A stretch of 64,000 nt of DNA from a virus. The notes beneath the pieces are model-generated. The model was not told the DNA's origin, did no database searches, and saw only the letters and a list, made by a program, of their open reading frames with translations. How positions within the stretch are numbered: position 1 is the stretch's first letter; each line of letters starts with the position of its first letter. The stretch lies in the IMG/VR virus record IMGVR_UViG_3300008108_000036; one strand, 5' to 3'. The translations under genes and the position numbers were made by a program. Below are positions 18,055-31,464 of the stretch, piece by piece.

Positions 18055-20607
18055 ATGTATAGGTCTGCAACCTACAATCCATTTAACGAATCGGTCTTTT
18101 TAAGAACTTGGTCAGAAGATGGTGTACGCATAGACACAGAAATTCCGTTTAGACCTTATTTTTATGTTGAACAAGAAGGAGCTAAAGACGCTACCTCGAT
18201 TTTTAAAACTTCTCTTGTAAAAAAAATTTTTAAAAATAGTTTAGAGCGAAAAAAATACTTAGATAATACGTCTCTAACGAGAATTTTTCACAATTTAGGA
18301 CCAGAGCAACAATTCTTAATTGAAATGTACAAAGAGGTCAATAATGACCCAACTTTTTCTAAATTTCCACTTAAAGTTTTTTTGCTCGACATTGAAGTTG
18401 ATACTACATACGACTCATCGTTTCCCACTCCTGAGAAAGCAGCTGTTCCAATAAATTTAATCACAGTATATGACACTCTAACGAAAACTACTCATACTTG
18501 GGGATTAGGAAACCACTATAAACCTTCTTCTACTGATTGTATATACCACAGATGCGACACCGAGCAAAACTTGATTTTACAGTTCATGGATTTTTGGAAA
18601 GCTGATTATCCTGACATTGCCTCTGGTTGGAATAGTAGCGGTTTTGATTTTCCTTACATAATCAACCGTTTTGCTAAATTATTTGGAGAAGATTTTGTGA
18701 ATCAACTATCTCCAGTCGGCTCAGTAAGAGGAAGAAAAGTATTTACAGACATGGGCAGAGAAATGACTGTTTGGTCGGTTAGTGGAATTTCTCTGATAGA
18801 TTACATGGATTTATACAAAACGTTTTCTCCAGGAGAAAGAGAATCATTTAGTCTAAATTATATTTCGGAATTAGAGTTAGGAGAAGGGAAAATTGCTCAC
18901 AACGCTGTCAGCTTAGGAGAATTGGCTCACACTGATTGGAAACTTTTCGTTGATTATAATATTCAAGATGTACACCTTTTAGTTAAATTGGAAGAAAAAC
19001 TAAAATTTCTAGAAATTGCAAGAATGTTGTCATATAAAGGTTGCACTAATTTTGAAGCAGCATTAGGAAAGGTAGCAATTGTTACTGGAGCGGTATCTAT
19101 TCAGGCATCTAAACAGGGATATATTATTCCTACTTTTCTTCACAAACAAGAACGAGAATCGTATGAGGGAGGCTTTGTAAGAGATCCAGAAAGAGGAATT
19201 CAAAAAGCAATAGTCAGTTTTGACGTAAATTCACTATATCCAAACACGATTATTACTTTAAACATTTCACCAGAAACAAAAATAGGTAAAATTGTAGATG
19301 GAGAGTTTGGTGTTACATCAGAACTTACTATTCGTTTGGTAAATAACAAATTACACAAATTAACTACAGAAAATTTTAAACAATTTTTATCAAAAGAAAA
19401 GGTTGCAGTATCCTCTGCTGGAGTTTTGTACTCTCAAAAAGATAAAGGCGTAATTCCGAATTTGATTGATCAAATATATAAAGAACGAGTTGACACAAAA
19501 ACAGAATTATCCAAGCTCAAAAAAACAGGCAAAAAAGACAAGTCAAGTATGTTAAAATTAACATACTATGACACTCTTCAATATACTTTAAAGATTTTGT
19601 TGAACTCAATTTACGGAACGTTTGCTAATAAGCATTCTGCTTTAATGGATATTGATAATGCAACATCCATCACAGCCACTGGACAAAACGTTGCTAGAGC
19701 AGGAAGTAGTATATTAGATAATTTTGTAAAACAAAAATACGGAATAACTGACTCGATTACAAAATATGGAGATACCGACTCAGTATATATATCATTAGAT
19801 TCTGTCCTTAAAAAATGCCAATTGGAATTAATAAAAGAAGATAAAATTAATGATGAAGTACACAACATTGTCAATGAGCTTGATCAACACGTAAATCAAG
19901 AAATATTAAATTGGGCAAGGAGAGAATTATTTTCTATTGATCCTCGATATGTGTTTAAAAGAGAAGTTATATCAGATGTTGGCATCTTTTTACAAAAAAA
20001 GAGATACATTCTTCACGTATTAGACGAAGAAGGAGTACCGGTAGATAAATTTAAATATACAGGGATAGAATTAGTAAGATCCACAACACCTAAAAAGGTT
20101 AAGAAATTTTTAGAAAGCATTATAAAAACTGCGTTATTGACACAAAATTTAAAAAAAACAAACGAAGTGTTCAGACAAAGTTATGAGGAATTTTGTAAGC
20201 TAGACCCCAATGATGTAGCAGCAAGAACTTCAATTAATAATCTTGAAAAATATACTCAAGAATCATCTTTGTATAAATACAAAAAAGGAACTCCTTCTCA
20301 CGTTAAAGGAGCAATTGCCTATAACATTTTAATAAAAGAGCTTAAACTTGACGATAAATTCGAAGCTATTCAATCTTCACAAAAAGTAAAAAAGTTATAT
20401 TGTGCAAAAAATAAATACGGCTTAGATGCCATTTCTTATGTTACTACCTTGCCTAAGGAGTTTAATATTAAAGTTGATTGGGATAAAATGTTTTCAAAGT
20501 TGGTTACACAACCAACAGAAAGATTATATGATGCTATCGGATGGCATTTGCCAGCCATAGGAAAAGATACTCAAACTGATTTATTCGATTTGCTTGGAGA
20601 TAATTAA
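18055..20607 (+). CDS. Family B DNA polymerase gp43
   Basis: DIEVD exonuclease motif, SFDVNSLYP, KILLNSIYG, YGDTDS, KKRY. Confidence 0.97.
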   Translation: MYRSATYNPFNESVFLRTWSEDGVRIDTEIPFRPYFYVEQEGAKDATSIFKTSLVKKIFKNSLERKKYLDNTSLTRIFHNLGPEQQFLIEMYKEVNNDPTFSKFPLKVFLLDIEVDTTYDSSFPTPEKAAVPINLITVYDTLTKTTHTWGLGNHYKPSSTDCIYHRCDTEQNLILQFMDFWKADYPDIASGWNSSGFDFPYIINRFAKLFGEDFVNQLSPVGSVRGRKVFTDMGREMTVWSVSGISLIDYMDLYKTFSPGERESFSLNYISELELGEGKIAHNAVSLGELAHTDWKLFVDYNIQDVHLLVKLEEKLKFLEIARMLSYKGCTNFEAALGKVAIVTGAVSIQASKQGYIIPTFLHKQERESYEGGFVRDPERGIQKAIVSFDVNSLYPNTIITLNISPETKIGKIVDGEFGVTSELTIRLVNNKLHKLTTENFKQFLSKEKVAVSSAGVLYSQKDKGVIPNLIDQIYKERVDTKTELSKLKKTGKKDKSSMLKLTYYDTLQYTLKILLNSIYGTFANKHSALMDIDNATSITATGQNVARAGSSILDNFVKQKYGITDSITKYGDTDSVYISLDSVLKKCQLELIKEDKINDEVHNIVNELDQHVNQEILNWARRELFSIDPRYVFKREVISDVGIFLQKKRYILHVLDEEGVPVDKFKYTGIELVRSTTPKKVKKFLESIIKTALLTQNLKKTNEVFRQSYEEFCKLDPNDVAARTSINNLEKYTQESSLYKYKKGTPSHVKGAIAYNILIKELKLDDKFEAIQSSQKVKKLYCAKNKYGLDAISYVTTLPKEFNIKVDWDKMFSKLVTQPTERLYDAIGWHLPAIGKDTQTDLFDLLGDN

Positions 20608-20613
20608 TCCTAG

Positions 20614-20880
20614 ATGAAGCAATACGAACAGATTGCATCTTACATTAGTTATCGCGACCTGTATTTGACTTTAAAATCAATTATACAAGAAGATGTTTAT
20701 TTAGACGATTGTTTGTATCATGAAAAATCCGAAGAAATAGTTTACATGTTGGAATCTTATGATTTAGTATGGATTGCATCAGATGGTAGATTGTTAATTA
20801 CATCAAAAGGGGAAAAAGTATTTAGTTATCTAACCACTTCAGTTGCTTTTTCAAAAAATAGTGATAAGCTTATCTTTTGA
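20614..20880 (+). CDS. Hypothetical protein
   Basis: 88 aa ORF in operon position. Confidence 0.55.
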   Translation: MKQYEQIASYISYRDLYLTLKSIIQEDVYLDDCLYHEKSEEIVYMLESYDLVWIASDGRLLITSKGEKVFSYLTTSVAFSKNSDKLIF

Positions 20881-20882
20881 AT

Positions 20883-21236
20883 ATGAACAATACACAAAAC
20901 CCAACAATTTTTTTAGATAACATTGGAAGAACAATTCTAGGAGTTACTCGCAACGAAACTACAGATGAGCTTTCTGTGGAAAATCCAGCCTTAATTTTGA
21001 TTCAAGCCAACCCTCAAACCAATCAGTTACAACTACAAATTATTCCGTTATTCTTTAAAGAATTCCAAGAAGAAAAACACAAACCTACTGTTTGGAATTT
21101 CAAAAAAGCCTCAATCACAACAACTACAGGTCTGGCATTATCGCCACAATTAATTGGACAATACAATCAACTATTTTCTATTCCAGAGGCTCAACCAACC
21201 GAATCTCCAACTGTTGTTAAATTGTTTGATGAATAA
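20883..21236 (+). CDS. Conserved small protein between gp43 and uvsX (Sm-like fold suspected)
   Basis: GRTILG...VENPALI...IIPLFF; promoter TTGCTT-N16-TAAGCT at 20843-20870. Confidence 0.6.
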   Translation: MNNTQNPTIFLDNIGRTILGVTRNETTDELSVENPALILIQANPQTNQLQLQIIPLFFKEFQEEKHKPTVWNFKKASITTTTGLALSPQLIGQYNQLFSIPEAQPTESPTVVKLFDE

Positions 21237-21262
21237 CTGATCTTCAAATCAATTTTTTTTAC

Positions 21263-21292
21263 AAAGGGGAGAATAATTTCTCCCCTTTTTTT
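21263..21292 (+). terminator. Rho-independent terminator
   Basis: AAAGGGGAGAA-loop-TTCTCCCCTTT followed by a T-run. Confidence 0.8.
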
Positions 21293-21334
21293 GTTTGTTG
21301 ATAATTCATTTACATAGTAGATCATATTTTCAAT

Positions 21335-22453
21335 ATGAATAATCTAAAACACATATTTGGAGATGTAGATAAAATGAACCCCGACGGAGGAACTATTGAT
21401 GAAAACTGTATTTCGACTCCTTCTGATTGGATTGACACTGGTTCAAAAGCTTTAAATGCAATTATATCCGGATCCTTATATAAAGGAGTTCCGGTTGGGC
21501 GCATTACGGGATTTTCAGGACCCTCAGGAGCAGGCAAGACTTTAATTATTAATAAAATTTTAGCTAATGCTCAGAAAAAGGGATATATTGCAGTTATTTG
21601 GGATTCCGAAGTGGCTGTAGACAAAGATAGCGCTCGAAATGTAGGGTTAGACCTTAAGAAAACTAAATATTATCCTGTAGAAACAATTGAAGATTGCAGA
21701 AATCAAATTAGCACATTTTTGGACGCGGTTATAGCTGCAAATGACCCTTCTCTTAAATTTATTATTTCAATTGATTCTCTTGGCAATCTAGCATCTTCTA
21801 AAGAAATCGAAGATGCCCGAAAAGGCAAAGATGCAGCGGATGTTGGCCAAAGAGCAAAGGCCACAAAAAGCATGATGAGAGCCATTACGTATAAAGCAGC
21901 AAAGGCTGGTGTTCCAATTCTATTTTCAAACCACATCTACGAAGGAATGGAAATGTTTCCGAGTTTAATTAAAAACCAAGCTGGTGGAAAAGGACCAATA
22001 TATCTTGCCTCAATTCTTGTGCAGCTTTCGACAAGACAAGAAAAGACTTCAGAAAATCCTAATGAAAGTTCGATAGCGATTGCCAATAACGTTTCTGGTG
22101 TTACTATGAGTGCAATGACCGTTAAAAACAGAGTCGTTCCTCCATTTTTGAAGACGGAATTGTACCTAAATTTTAAAACTGGATTAGACGAAAACACTGG
22201 AGTGTTTGATCTGGCTGTTGCATTAGGTGTGTTAGAGCAAACAGGCAGTACATACCAATTCAATGGCGAAAAATTAGGTTATAGAAAAAATATCGAAAAA
22301 GATAAATCATTTTGGGAAAAAATATTTCCTTCACTTGAAACCAAGCTGAATGAAGAGCTTAGATATGGAACAGTTGATGCTCCAATTAGTGAATCAGAAG
22401 ACGATGATGACTCCAACGATGAAGAAGTAAAGAAAAAGACCGTTAAGCAGTAA
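21335..22453 (+). CDS. uvsX: UvsX RecA-like recombinase
   Basis: IDTGS..LNAIISG, GPSGAGKT, DSE, IDSLGNL, GGKG, KNR. Confidence 0.93.
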   Translation: MNNLKHIFGDVDKMNPDGGTIDENCISTPSDWIDTGSKALNAIISGSLYKGVPVGRITGFSGPSGAGKTLIINKILANAQKKGYIAVIWDSEVAVDKDSARNVGLDLKKTKYYPVETIEDCRNQISTFLDAVIAANDPSLKFIISIDSLGNLASSKEIEDARKGKDAADVGQRAKATKSMMRAITYKAAKAGVPILFSNHIYEGMEMFPSLIKNQAGGKGPIYLASILVQLSTRQEKTSENPNESSIAIANNVSGVTMSAMTVKNRVVPPFLKTELYLNFKTGLDENTGVFDLAVALGVLEQTGSTYQFNGEKLGYRKNIEKDKSFWEKIFPSLETKLNEELRYGTVDAPISESEDDDDSNDEEVKKKTVKQ

Positions 22454-22454
22454 T

Positions 22455-23246
22455 ATGATATATAAAGCAAAAGTAATAAATGGATTTGCGTCATCTCTTC
22501 CAGCGATAGTAGGCAAAACTTTTAATTTTACTGACAATGTAAATGTGTTGTTCGGCAGCAACGGTTGCGGCAAGTCCACTCTTCTTAAATGCATTAAATC
22601 TTATTGTGCAATAGAGCACGGAGGTTGGAGCAGGATTGGGAACTTTTTAACGCTTGGTGCAAGCACCTCTAGTCAATTTCCGTTTGTGTATAGAGCTTAT
22701 ACTCCCTCTAAAGAATGTGATACGTTAGTTCATTGGGATGGAACAGCTACTTTGTTTTACGACAGAGAAATAAACAGCGACGATATTACATGGTTCTATA
22801 ATAACGACATTCTTAAAAGAGAAGGATTTACAACAGAATCAGAGCAACTACAACGAATGGCTGACAAGCCTTCTTCTGGCCAAACTAGAATGGAAGTTCT
22901 GAATAAAATCTTTGAATCTGCTCATTATCCTCCAGACTTTACTGCTTCTACTCCTAACAAGAACAATAGTTATGAGCAAATGGAAGTGTCTTACATTAAT
23001 AGCTTACCAAGAAATGGTAGAGTTACGATTATGTTAGACGAACCTGAAAAGTCACTTTCTATACCAAAACAAATTGAGTTATTTGAAGCTCTTCGACAAC
23101 AATCAAGACGAGGCATTCAGTTTATTATTGCTACTCACTCTCCTTTTATTTTGTTTGAAAATGATTTTAATATTATCGACATGGAACAAGGGTATGTAGA
23201 TATTTGTAAAAATGCCATTAAAATGTTGCAGTCAAAAACTATTTGA
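22455..23246 (+). CDS. Stand-alone ABC-family ATPase (AAA_21-like)
   Basis: GSNGCGKST, SSGQ signature, MLDEPE, IIATHSP. Confidence 0.85.
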   Translation: MIYKAKVINGFASSLPAIVGKTFNFTDNVNVLFGSNGCGKSTLLKCIKSYCAIEHGGWSRIGNFLTLGASTSSQFPFVYRAYTPSKECDTLVHWDGTATLFYDREINSDDITWFYNNDILKREGFTTESEQLQRMADKPSSGQTRMEVLNKIFESAHYPPDFTASTPNKNNSYEQMEVSYINSLPRNGRVTIMLDEPEKSLSIPKQIELFEALRQQSRRGIQFIIATHSPFILFENDFNIIDMEQGYVDICKNAIKMLQSKTI

Positions 23247-23251
23247 TGCAA

Positions 23252-24616
23252 ATGACAAACAAGCCAGCAGCCTCATCCAAAATAGACTTGGATTTTTTTG
23301 AAACTATACTATTGTATAATGCATTAACTGATCAAGAATATCTTAGTTCTATTATTGGTTATATAGATCAATCACACTTTAACGATAAAAATATCGGACG
23401 AGTAGTTAAGCAAATTAGTGGATTCTTTTCAGAAAGAGGGACCGTTCCGAGCGTTTCTGAAATTAAAGCTCGACTAGTGGTAGAAGAAGATAAAAAAGCA
23501 TTAGCCGAAATTAAAGCCCGATTAGCATCATTGGAGGGTCCTTTTAACAAGGAAGAATTAATTCAAAACACGGAACGTTTTTTTAAAGAACGTCATGTAT
23601 ACAAAACAATAGTTAATATAGCTGAAAAAATTTCAGATCAAAATTTAAACATAGAAGAAGTTCTGGTAGAATTTGAGGCAGCATATAATATCTCCTTAAA
23701 AGAAAATTTAGGACATTGGTATTTTGAAGATATTGACAAGCATATTAAAGAACTGATAGCTATATATAATCCAATTCCGACTGGTTGGAAGTTTTTCGAT
23801 GAAAGAACTGAAGGAGGGTTATTTCCTAAAACTCTAACGGTTTTTGCTGGACAGGTAAATGTAGGCAAATCTATTGTATTAGGGAATATTGCTACTAATA
23901 TGCTTTTAGCAGACAAAAATGTGCTACTCATTTCACTAGAAATGTCTGAATTCATGTATGCTAAAAGAATTAGCACACAACTCACTCAAATTCCGCATAA
24001 TGATCTTAAAACTTTTACAGAAGAGCTTAAAGAGCAAATTAAGCACATTCAAAAAAGCATAAGTGGAAATTTGGTCATAAAAGAATACCCACCAAAGACC
24101 GTTACTGTAAGGCAAATAGATAGCTATATAACAAAACTACATCACAAAGGATTTAAACCGGACATTGTTGTTGTAGATTATATTAATTTAATTCAACCTA
24201 TTTCGAAGAATTTAAATTCTTATGAATCCGTTAAGGAAATAGCAGAACAACTAAGAGCACTAGCATTCAAATATAAAATTCCAGTAGTATCAGCAACACA
24301 ATTAAACAGAGGAGCATTTAATACAGCATCTCCGGGAATGGAGGGAATTTCTGAAAGCATTGGATTAGCAGCAACCTGTGATGTGATCTGTTCATTGTGG
24401 CAAGAAGATGAAGATAGAGAGCTTGGAATTATAAACATGGGAATGCAAAAAAACAGATTTGGCCCAAACTTTGGCTCAGCAGCTTTTAAGTGCAATTATA
24501 ATACCCTTACTTTAAAAGAAACTAACGCCGACTATTTTGCATCAGATGGCGACTCAACTGAAGACACAATAAAAAACGCAGACGAAGTGTTAAATAGCTT
24601 GTCTGAAGATGAGTGA
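23252..24616 (+). CDS. Replicative helicase gp41 (DnaB-like)
   Basis: GQVNVGKS, SLEMSE, KEYPP, VDY, ATQLNR, SESIGL, KNRFG. Confidence 0.93.
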   Translation: MTNKPAASSKIDLDFFETILLYNALTDQEYLSSIIGYIDQSHFNDKNIGRVVKQISGFFSERGTVPSVSEIKARLVVEEDKKALAEIKARLASLEGPFNKEELIQNTERFFKERHVYKTIVNIAEKISDQNLNIEEVLVEFEAAYNISLKENLGHWYFEDIDKHIKELIAIYNPIPTGWKFFDERTEGGLFPKTLTVFAGQVNVGKSIVLGNIATNMLLADKNVLLISLEMSEFMYAKRISTQLTQIPHNDLKTFTEELKEQIKHIQKSISGNLVIKEYPPKTVTVRQIDSYITKLHHKGFKPDIVVVDYINLIQPISKNLNSYESVKEIAEQLRALAFKYKIPVVSATQLNRGAFNTASPGMEGISESIGLAATCDVICSLWQEDEDRELGIINMGMQKNRFGPNFGSAAFKCNYNTLTLKETNADYFASDGDSTEDTIKNADEVLNSLSEDE

Positions 24617-25496
24617 TCCAAAAAAAATACAAGTCGTCACACATAATGACTTAGACGGAGTTTGCTCCTATCTTGCTTTGTGCTGGCTTTATGACTTTAA
24701 ATTAAACGTACTAAGCACTACTCCTAAAAAATTGCAAACTGATTGCGAAAAACTTTACGAAAACGCAAGCTGTTGGGAAAAAATTTATTTTTTGGATTTA
24801 GATGTAACTAAAATTGGAGATTTAATCGACAACCCAAATACAGTAGTAATAGATCACCATAAGACAAACATCTATCAATTTAAAAATGCAACAACGTGCA
24901 TAACCAACGAGTCGAGCTGCTCTAAATTAATTTATAATAATTTAATAAAAAAAAGCAATAAACAAATAACTTCTGCTCAAAAAACGCTTATCGGTTTAGC
25001 AGATGATTGGGACTCAAATAAAAGATTAACTTCTTTATCTTCCGAACTAAACATTGTATATCATTCAATGTCAAACAAGTTTACTTCTTTTGTTGAAGAT
25101 TATTATAAAGGTTTTGCTCCATTTGATAAGTTTAAAATCAATACTATAAGCTTGTATAAAAAGCATTGCTCGGAATACATCAATCAATTAACTCCTTTCT
25201 TTGGTTATATTGATTTTGAAGAAAATAAAAATGTAAAAGTAGGAGCAGTGTTTTGTGATAAGTTTGTACAAGAGTGTTGTGACTTTTTATTAAAAGAACA
25301 TCAAGCGGAAATTGCTATAGCTGTTATGGTCGATCAAAAAAGAATTGCCGTTAGAAGAAACGATGAGAAATCCAAAATAGACGTGTCCAAATTCGTTCAG
25401 CGGATTGCATCTGGAGGTGGACATGAATCAGCAGCAGGTGGAAATTTAACAGAAGAGTTTATTGAATTTACTAAGTTGTTGAAAGAAACGCACTAA
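24609..25496 (+). CDS. DHH/DHHA1 phosphoesterase
   Basis: HNDLDG, LDL, IDHH, GGGHESAAG. Confidence 0.88.
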   Translation: MSDPKKIQVVTHNDLDGVCSYLALCWLYDFKLNVLSTTPKKLQTDCEKLYENASCWEKIYFLDLDVTKIGDLIDNPNTVVIDHHKTNIYQFKNATTCITNESSCSKLIYNNLIKKSNKQITSAQKTLIGLADDWDSNKRLTSLSSELNIVYHSMSNKFTSFVEDYYKGFAPFDKFKINTISLYKKHCSEYINQLTPFFGYIDFEENKNVKVGAVFCDKFVQECCDFLLKEHQAEIAIAVMVDQKRIAVRRNDEKSKIDVSKFVQRIASGGGHESAAGGNLTEEFIEFTKLLKETH

Positions 25497-25511
25497 AGCA
25501 TAATTAACTGA

Positions 25512-25853
25512 ATGGTTTCTTCAATTTTGACTGACGGCAAGATGTCTACAGCATCTCCTACAGAGTTATTAAATGCAAAAGAATTCGTATTAGGTTTGCA
25601 CAAAGCCGGTTCTTTATTTTCTATGTTGGAAAATAAAAAAATAAATTCCACATTTCTTTTTGTGCTTTTATTAGAAAATAAAGATTATCAATTATTTTTT
25701 ACGGAAATTACAGCTTCAGCTAATTTTAAAGATGCATTGCTTTCTTTGTTGCTTTTATATCCAACTTTAGTAAAATCAAAGTTTACTAAATCTGCATTAA
25801 AACAACTCAATGTCAAATCAACTAACGGATCTCGAAAAGCACTTATACAATAA
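25512..25853 (+). CDS. Hypothetical protein
   Basis: 113 aa ORF in the replication cluster. Confidence 0.6.
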   Translation: MVSSILTDGKMSTASPTELLNAKEFVLGLHKAGSLFSMLENKKINSTFLFVLLLENKDYQLFFTEITASANFKDALLSLLLLYPTLVKSKFTKSALKQLNVKSTNGSRKALIQ

Positions 25854-26490
25854 ACACTTAGCAGTTACTAAAAGTTGCAACGGCAAACCTTTCCGCTTAA
25901 AAAAAGATTTTTCTGATATATACAATACTGAAAAGCACAAATACTTAAAACGGATTTCTATTTTGTTTCAAAAACATCCTGAAATTAGTCCGGACACCTT
26001 CTTTCAAGCTCCTTATAAATTATACCCGGACGTGACTTATTTTGGGTTAGATTACTTTTCTTCTATGAGAGCTGTAAAGGCTTATACTACATATAAGAAG
26101 CAAATTTTTTTACAAGACCCTGACAGTCAATTGGAACAAATAAAAGAATCTTTACCATTTATAGCAAAATTTTGTATCGGCAATGGGTTACATTTACATC
26201 AATATTCAATCCATAGGTCTTCTGATCTATATAGCTGGATGACTCACTATAAACAAAACAAAATTAATCTTTATGTTATGTTCGAGTTTCCAAATATATT
26301 TTCATCGCTACAAGAATTAACTGAAGACGTTCAACGTTTTTTTGTTAGAGATTTTATTGAGCAATTTAAAAACCTTCATGGTCTGTATAATAACTCAACT
26401 CAAGCTAAACCATATCTTAAAAAAGCCCTTCCCATTTTAGGAAATTTTATTTCCAGAGAGTTGACTACAAATAAAAACAGTATAATCTAA
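25810..26490 (+). CDS. Conserved hypothetical protein (position and size match gp59 helicase loader; unverified)
   Basis: 226 aa immediately upstream of gp32. Confidence 0.5.
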   Translation: MSNQLTDLEKHLYNKHLAVTKSCNGKPFRLKKDFSDIYNTEKHKYLKRISILFQKHPEISPDTFFQAPYKLYPDVTYFGLDYFSSMRAVKAYTTYKKQIFLQDPDSQLEQIKESLPFIAKFCIGNGLHLHQYSIHRSSDLYSWMTHYKQNKINLYVMFEFPNIFSSLQELTEDVQRFFVRDFIEQFKNLHGLYNNSTQAKPYLKKALPILGNFISRELTTNKNSII

Positions 26491-26499
26491 TACCAACTT

Positions 26500-27435
26500 A
26501 TGAGCAAAATCAATACAAAATCAATGTTCGATGCAATTAAAACATCCCTCACTTCAGACAAAGAAAGTGGTGGAGGAAATGGTCTATACAAAGAAGTTCT
26601 TAAATTCGTTCCAGGCAATTCATATCAAGTTCGCTTGGTACCAAATCCAAATGCTCCTAAGGAAACGATTTTCCATTATTACAACCACGCTTGGACTTCA
26701 AATTCTACAGGCAAGTTTATCACAGCAATGTGCCCAACAACATTTGGAGATACGTGCCCAATTGACTCATACTATTTGAAAACTTATCGCACAGGAACAG
26801 AAGCAGAAAAGTCAGCAGCAGCTATGCTGTCTCGAAAAGAAGGGTGGCTTGTTAACGTTTATGTGATTTCTGATCCAACTACTCCTGAGAATGAAGGAAA
26901 AGTAAAAATTTTGAGATACGGTAAAGAACTAACAAAAATTATTGAGAGCGCTTTGACTGGAGATGATTCTGGGGAGTTTGGAGTAGAAAAAATATTTGAC
27001 GTCGCTAACGGGGCAACGTTGAGAATTAAGTGTGAAAGTAGAACTGGAGCAAACAAAAACGCCAAGCAGTATGTAACCTATGCTTCATCCAAATTTCTAA
27101 CACCAAACAATTTAGGACTTTCGGATGCTCAAATTGAAGAAATTCACAATTCAGTTCATGACCTGAAGTCTTTGAACAAGCAAACCACTTCTGCAGAAAT
27201 GCAGAGATTGCTAGACGAACACTTCTTCAACCTAACAACAGGTTCATCTGTTGATCCAGACGATGAATATTCGTCGATTAGAAACGAAAAACCAGACACC
27301 GTCATTAGACGGTCTTCTCAAGAAATTGAGTCGGTATTTAGCGAATCTAGCTCTAAGTCTTCTAGTAAGAATGACGTGAATGAAACTGACGAAACAACGG
27401 ACGAAGCGTTGAAAAAACTTCTCGCAGATCTATAA
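26500..27435 (+). CDS. Single-stranded DNA-binding protein gp32
   Basis: VRLVP, CPTTFGDTCPI, NVYVISDP..PENEGKVKI, acidic tail ending ADL. Confidence 0.9.
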   Translation: MSKINTKSMFDAIKTSLTSDKESGGGNGLYKEVLKFVPGNSYQVRLVPNPNAPKETIFHYYNHAWTSNSTGKFITAMCPTTFGDTCPIDSYYLKTYRTGTEAEKSAAAMLSRKEGWLVNVYVISDPTTPENEGKVKILRYGKELTKIIESALTGDDSGEFGVEKIFDVANGATLRIKCESRTGANKNAKQYVTYASSKFLTPNNLGLSDAQIEEIHNSVHDLKSLNKQTTSAEMQRLLDEHFFNLTTGSSVDPDDEYSSIRNEKPDTVIRRSSQEIESVFSESSSKSSSKNDVNETDETTDEALKKLLADL

Positions 27436-27444
27436 TATAGAAAT

Positions 27445-29325
27445 ATGAGTAAAATAATTGGTATTGATTTAGGAACTACTAATTCGTGCGTTGCTGTAAT
27501 AGATGGAGATCAACCTCTAGTTTTAGAAAATTCAGAAGGATCTAGAACCACTCCGTCTGTGGTAGCATTTACTAAAAGCGGAGAGAGACTAGTTGGACAA
27601 TCAGCAAAAAGACAAGCTATAACAAACCCTTCAAACACCATATATTCTGTGAAAAGGTTTATGGGAATGAAATATGATGAAGTGTCCGAAGAGATTAAAA
27701 AGGTTCCCTACAAAGTAGTTAGAGCACAAAATGGAGACGCTCATATTCAGGTTGAAGTTAATAACGAAACAAAGACGTATTCTCCTCCAGAAATTTCAGC
27801 AATGATTTTAGCAAAATTAAAGTCAGACGCAGAAGCCAAGCTGGGAGAAACCATTACAGAGGCAGTAATAACCGTACCTGCATATTTTAATGATTCTCAA
27901 CGCAGCGCTACAAAGGATGCTGGAAAAATAGCTGGGTTAGACGTTAAAAGAATTATTAATGAACCAACAGCAGCCTCATTGGCTTATGGGTTGGAAAGTA
28001 AAAAGGACGAAAAAATCGCCGTGTATGATTTAGGAGGAGGAACTTTTGATATTTCCGCTTTAGAAATATCTGATGGAGTATTTGAAGTTTGTTCAACTAA
28101 TGGTGACACACATTTAGGAGGAGATGACTGGGATAATAAAATAGTTGAATGGATTATTTCTGAATTTAAGATAGACTCAGGAATTGATCTGTCTAAGCAA
28201 TCCGATGCAATTCAACGCATCAAAGAAGAAAGCGAAAGAGCTAAAATTGCCCTATCGTCAGCACAAGAATATGAAATCAATCTTCCATTTATTACTGCCG
28301 ACTCAACTGGACCAAAACACATACAAAAAAAGTTAACTCGTTCTAAATTGGAACAAATTACAGATGATCTGTTTGAAAGAACTATTCAGCCCGTAAAAAA
28401 TTGTTTGAAGGATGCTAAATGGATGGTTGGAGATATTGATGAATTAGTATTGGTCGGAGGAATGACTCGGATGCCTAAAGTCATAGATACAGCTAGAAGT
28501 TTAGTTAGCAAAGAGCCTCACAAAGGGGTAAATCCCGATGAAGTCGTTGCAATTGGTGCCGCAATTCAAGGAGGTGTATTAAAGGGAGATGTTAAAGACG
28601 TACTCTTGCTGGATGTTACTCCTTTAACTCTTGCAATAGAAACAGCAGGAGGAGTTGCTACGGCGATGATTCCAAGAAACACAACAATTCCTACAAAGAA
28701 GACGAATACTTTTTCTACTTACTCTGACAACCAACCTGGAGTTGAAATAAAAGTACTGCAAGGAGAAAGACCTTTAAGTAGAGATAACAAAAGTTTAGGA
28801 ACCTTTCACTTGGACGGAATTCCTCCAGCACCAAGAGGCGTACCTCAAATTGAAGTTACGTTTGACATCGATGCAAATGGAATCCTAAACGTGTCTGCAA
28901 AAGAGCTTGGTTCAGGCAAAGAGCAAAAAATTTCGATAACAGGCTCTAGTGGCTTATCTAAAGATGAGGTAGACAGATTGCAAAAAGAAGCAGAGCAATA
29001 TGCTGAAGAAGATAAAAAAGCAAAAGAAACTATAGAAATTAGAAATAACGCAGATTCCACAGTGTATCAATGCGAAAAGCAACTTACTGAAATATCCGAA
29101 AAAATCGATGAAGCAACAAAAAGCTCGATTAGTAGTTTAATTGAAAATGCTAAAAATTCAATTAAAGGAGATGATTTAGAAGCAATAAAAAAATCATGCG
29201 ACGAACTTCAACACGCTATGCAAGAAGCTGTAAAAAAAGCGTACGAACAAACAAATTCTTCAGACACTAAAACACAACAAGCAAAAGATCCGAATGTAAT
29301 TGATGCAGATTTTGAGGTTGAATAA
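27445..29325 (+). CDS. dnaK: Hsp70 chaperone DnaK
   Basis: [44 protein letters not shown]. Confidence 0.98.
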   Translation: MSKIIGIDLGTTNSCVAVIDGDQPLVLENSEGSRTTPSVVAFTKSGERLVGQSAKRQAITNPSNTIYSVKRFMGMKYDEVSEEIKKVPYKVVRAQNGDAHIQVEVNNETKTYSPPEISAMILAKLKSDAEAKLGETITEAVITVPAYFNDSQRSATKDAGKIAGLDVKRIINEPTAASLAYGLESKKDEKIAVYDLGGGTFDISALEISDGVFEVCSTNGDTHLGGDDWDNKIVEWIISEFKIDSGIDLSKQSDAIQRIKEESERAKIALSSAQEYEINLPFITADSTGPKHIQKKLTRSKLEQITDDLFERTIQPVKNCLKDAKWMVGDIDELVLVGGMTRMPKVIDTARSLVSKEPHKGVNPDEVVAIGAAIQGGVLKGDVKDVLLLDVTPLTLAIETAGGVATAMIPRNTTIPTKKTNTFSTYSDNQPGVEIKVLQGERPLSRDNKSLGTFHLDGIPPAPRGVPQIEVTFDIDANGILNVSAKELGSGKEQKISITGSSGLSKDEVDRLQKEAEQYAEEDKKAKETIEIRNNADSTVYQCEKQLTEISEKIDEATKSSISSLIENAKNSIKGDDLEAIKKSCDELQHAMQEAVKKAYEQTNSSDTKTQQAKDPNVIDADFEVE

Positions 29326-29379
29326 ACCTCTCTTAAACAATGAAACACCAAACAACACAAAACAAACTAAATTAAACAT

Positions 29380-31351
<1,972 letters not shown>

Positions 31352-31370
31352 GTTAATCTACATAAAACTA

Positions 31371-31407
31371 AAAAATGCTCTGATTAAGTTCAGAGCATTT
31401 TTTTTTT
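31371..31407 (+). terminator. Rho-independent terminator after groEL
   Basis: AAAAATGCTCTGA-loop-TCAGAGCATTTTT plus T-run. Confidence 0.85.
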
Positions 31408-31464
31408 ACCAACAATAGATTTTGTAGGTTGATTAAGTTGTATTTTAATTTACTATATAAAGAT

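Noticed and set aside
18055-20607. Intein or intron in gp43 (also checked gp41, gp17, uvsX)
   Set aside because: Lengths are normal and motifs contiguous; no splice-junction signatures
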